DNA of 62,738 nt, filler included, from Ionaspis alba (taxonomy: Eukaryota): the NCBI GenBank assembly GCA_964255285.1. It is 8 parts of 8 records of this genome, joined end to end, with 100 filler letters (N's around TTAATTAATTAA, not from the genome) between each part and the next. Parts side by side here need not be neighbours in the genome. Positions count along the whole stretch, not along the records: positions 55,020 to 62,738 come from CAXUUL010000810.1; 7 more parts are not named here. One strand, written 5' to 3'. Under the pieces are notes generated by a model. That model was not told where the DNA came from, did no database searches, and worked only from the letters and a program-made list of their open reading frames with translations. Position 1 is the first letter of the stretch, and every line of letters starts with the position of its first letter. Below, piece after piece: positions 59,878-62,738 of the stretch. The position numbers and the translations under genes were made by a program.

Positions 59878-62485
59878 ATGAGTTGGGATCAGCCGGTATA
59901 CAGGTGTGTCGTGCCATTGCTACTTGCACACATTCAACCTCAATCCCCCCTTCAAGGGCTCTTGACGACATCATTGACTGACTCTCTTCTGACTCCAGTT
60001 TCAACTACGGGCAACCACCGACACCCACCAGGACACCTACTTCTGCGACTTTCGGCTCGAACACATTCAGTACACCCAAGGCCGAGTCAAGCTTCTATGA
60101 TCCTCGGGTCACTTGGAATACCGCAGACCCCCATGCCACCAGTCCCAATCTGCTTAAAACCCCAAAGCCATTCACTTTTTCAACTCCAATCGCCAAACCG
60201 CCAATATCATCCCCAAGCTCAGATACACCACTTTCTGGCGAAGACCTTGAAGCACAGATTGCCTCTCATGTACACCATCTCTCCACCACACCGAATCTCT
60301 CGTTACCGCCAGTAGAGCCTTCTCGCCAGTTGTCATCGTCGCCCGTTCCTAAATCTAGCAAGAGGCGTTATTCGGATACAGAGGAAGAAAGTGACCCACG
60401 AACATCAGGTCTGGCTCTGGATACTGGTTCCGCCATGCGTTCTGCAGGTTCCATGCAGACCCCTCCCCCAACGAGTACTTCTGCTTCCAGACGGAGAGCA
60501 CAACAAGCTCAAGTTGCCAAACTCGTCCAACAATCTGCTTCAGCAGGCCGGCGGATGTCGACTCCGCTGTTCCCCAAGAACCAAAATGGCCCTGTGTCGG
60601 CTGGACCGGTCGAAACTTCACCACAACCGTTCTCGGAACTTCAATTCTCTCCTGATGTTTTTGACTTCTCCATGACAGGACCTGCCACTGCACCCATCTT
60701 GCCGCAGCATAAATTGTTCTGGGATTCGAAACCTGACGATGGACTGAGTATGGATTTCTCGGACGATCTTACGAGTGCTTTTGATCGCCCTAATCAACCT
60801 GCTCTGGATCCTTTTGTTTCGGCTCACCACCATCCAACAGGATCAAACCTGACGACTTCGTCCTTTTCTTTGAGTTTCCCCAAGAATGATCTCATGCATT
60901 CGTCTATGACAACTGCCGCCTCTACCTTTGACCAGGGAAACCATTTCTCTACGGATGGATCCAAAAGACAGAACTCATCCTACCCCACAAGACGTCTGGC
61001 TCACGGCGTTGATCCGAGTCTTCTCTTCAGCTCTCCCGGTCGATCATTGGATTCAAGGGATGGTCCTGCCGACTCTTCCGTTATATTGGATGAGGAGTCG
61101 CTACAACCATACGCATATCAAATGCAAGAAGCGAGGAGAGAATTGGCTTCTGGGACGATATCAAAACCTAAGAAGAAGAGAAAGCCGGACGTTGATTCTC
61201 CTGCTGTGAAGGCTGCGCTGAAGACACTAAGGGATGGCGATGCTGATCAACCCCAACTGCAGCCGGACAGAATAGAGAGTGAGCTACCGTCACATACAGG
61301 ATAGCGATTTATTGAACATCGTACTGACTCAACTACAGCTACCTCTATCGTCAGGCGCGCGTCTCCCGTCAAGCGGAGCCACAGCAGTCTTTCCCGCCGT
61401 CGAAGCAGTCGCCCATCCAAGCATCGAACTTCTATCGCTCTTACAATTGATGCCAGTGGTAGAGCAAGGACAGAGACACGAACCTTTGTCGAGAGCAAAA
61501 GCAATGGTTCGGCCGAGGACCAAATGGATATGAACAGCGATTCGGAAAGTAGTGACAGTGACACCTCATCCGATGACACTCAGACTGCCATAATCACAAG
61601 CCAGCCACCGTCTTTCCAATTCCCGGCAGAGACAACGACGACGAAGCTTCCCAAACTTGGTCGATTTGTGACAAAGTCAAGCAACCATTCGCAGAAATCG
61701 TCCTACACGTCAGTGTACACGTCGAGCAGCTATGCAGAAAGTCTACCCTTACCCAATGGCAACAAACCCCGAACGATGTCGACACTCTCGCGGGAATCAA
61801 AGAGACAGGCTCAAGCTGACCTACCTGCCCTTCTGCCCCCAGCGTTGGTGACTACGTTTGATAATCGACTGAATAGCCGAGAAGACATAGGCAGTGAAGA
61901 CGAAACGATTATGGAAACGGATGAAGGAGATGGAAGCGCGCAGCACGAGCTCAGGAAGGTCCTACGAAGTCGGGAAAGGACTCAAAGCGCCAATCGATCT
62001 GCAAAAGCTCGAAGCAAATCTAGACATCGCCTTCATTCTCCCCTAGGTGCTCGCCCTACTTCACGCGATACAGGCGGGACTTTGTACGCTGGTCAATGGC
62101 ATACGCAGAACACTTCTCCCAGCACGATCACCGATCCAGATCTGGCGACTCCGAGCAGTACCAGGAGTACGCGAGACTTGGAGGCTATTCGTTGTGTGTG
62201 CCATATGACGAGTCGGGAGGGGCAGACGATACAATGGTAAGCTCGTGGCTCATCACTCAAGCCCCTGATCAAGTACTGATAATTTGGGATAGCGAATCTT
62301 GCAAGAAATACTCGCATATCAAATGCGTTGGACTGAACGTTCAGCGACTCCCGAAAATCTATCTCTGCGTCTTTTGTACGGGCCAGACTCCGGTTGTGAG
62401 GGGTGGGAGAGTGAGGGATGGGGCGACAGCTGGCTTCGCTCCCCCTAGCTCGCCATTGGCGCAGAAGTCAAATCGGTTTCGGTAG
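59878..62485 (+). CDS. PHD finger protein with long Ser/Thr/Pro-rich region, 4 exons
   Basis: Spliced MSWDQPVYSFNYGQPPTPTRTPTS...MQTPPPT...GVDPSLLFSSP...RTSIALTIDASGRARTET. C-terminal IRCVC...IQCESCKKYSHIKCVG...YLCVFC (C4HC3). Confidence 0.88.
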
Positions 62486-62738
62486 TGCTTAAGGGTATGA
62501 GAGAGATGGTGAACGAGAGACACTAGTTGAGGGTGTCTATATTTGGGCTGGATTGTTTTTTGCGTTCCATATATACACATCATCGTGCATGACGCTCTTT
62601 AGCGGATCTTCTTTTTTTGGTTGATGGAATATAGCATTGCTGAAAACGAGTGTTGGATTGGCATGTTATTTCATGGTAGTTTAGCAGACTCGTACATTTT
62701 GGCGGATGAGCTTAAGCACAAAACTGGTCGACGCTTAA

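Noticed and set aside
1..62738. Transposons, CRISPR arrays, rRNA, secondary-metabolite clusters
   Set aside because: No transposase/RT/integrase motifs, terminal repeats, repeat-spacer arrays, rRNA-like sequence or PKS/NRPS domains were seen.

Overview
Eukaryotic DNA from a filamentous ascomycete (Pezizomycotina-type proteins, short GT-AG introns with CTRAC-like branch points). The window is not one locus. It is eight unlinked scaffolds of steadily decreasing length (7784, 7783, 7780, 7759, 7745, 7740, 7728 and 7719 bp) joined by artificial 100-bp spacers (N44-TTAATTAATTAA-N44), plus four internal 100-N gaps, so gene neighbourhoods across spacers mean nothing. Content is mostly housekeeping genes: TAF9, lipin PAH1, an FN3/coiled-coil protein, CDK8/SSN3, RPC53, UreD, SCC3, PRM10, GSH1, ADE1, DPH2, a cytochrome b5/acyl-CoA dehydrogenase fusion, LAS1, a C2H2 transcription factor, ZNG1/CobW, MOB3, a PHD protein and three MFS transporters. 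The best candidate for something undescribed is a ~110-nt structured element at 45612-45805. It has a complete RNA polymerase III layout (TATA, A-box, T8 terminator, downstream B-box in a T-arm-like hairpin) but I cannot match it to tRNA, 5S, U-snRNA or SRP RNA. Also notable are recurrent C-rich to G-rich skew switches independent of gene orientation, a HeLo-like/SesA-type gene without an NLR core, a SUMO-consensus repeat array, and several splicing and uORF oddities. All identifications are by eye from motif recognition; no database search or folding program was run.
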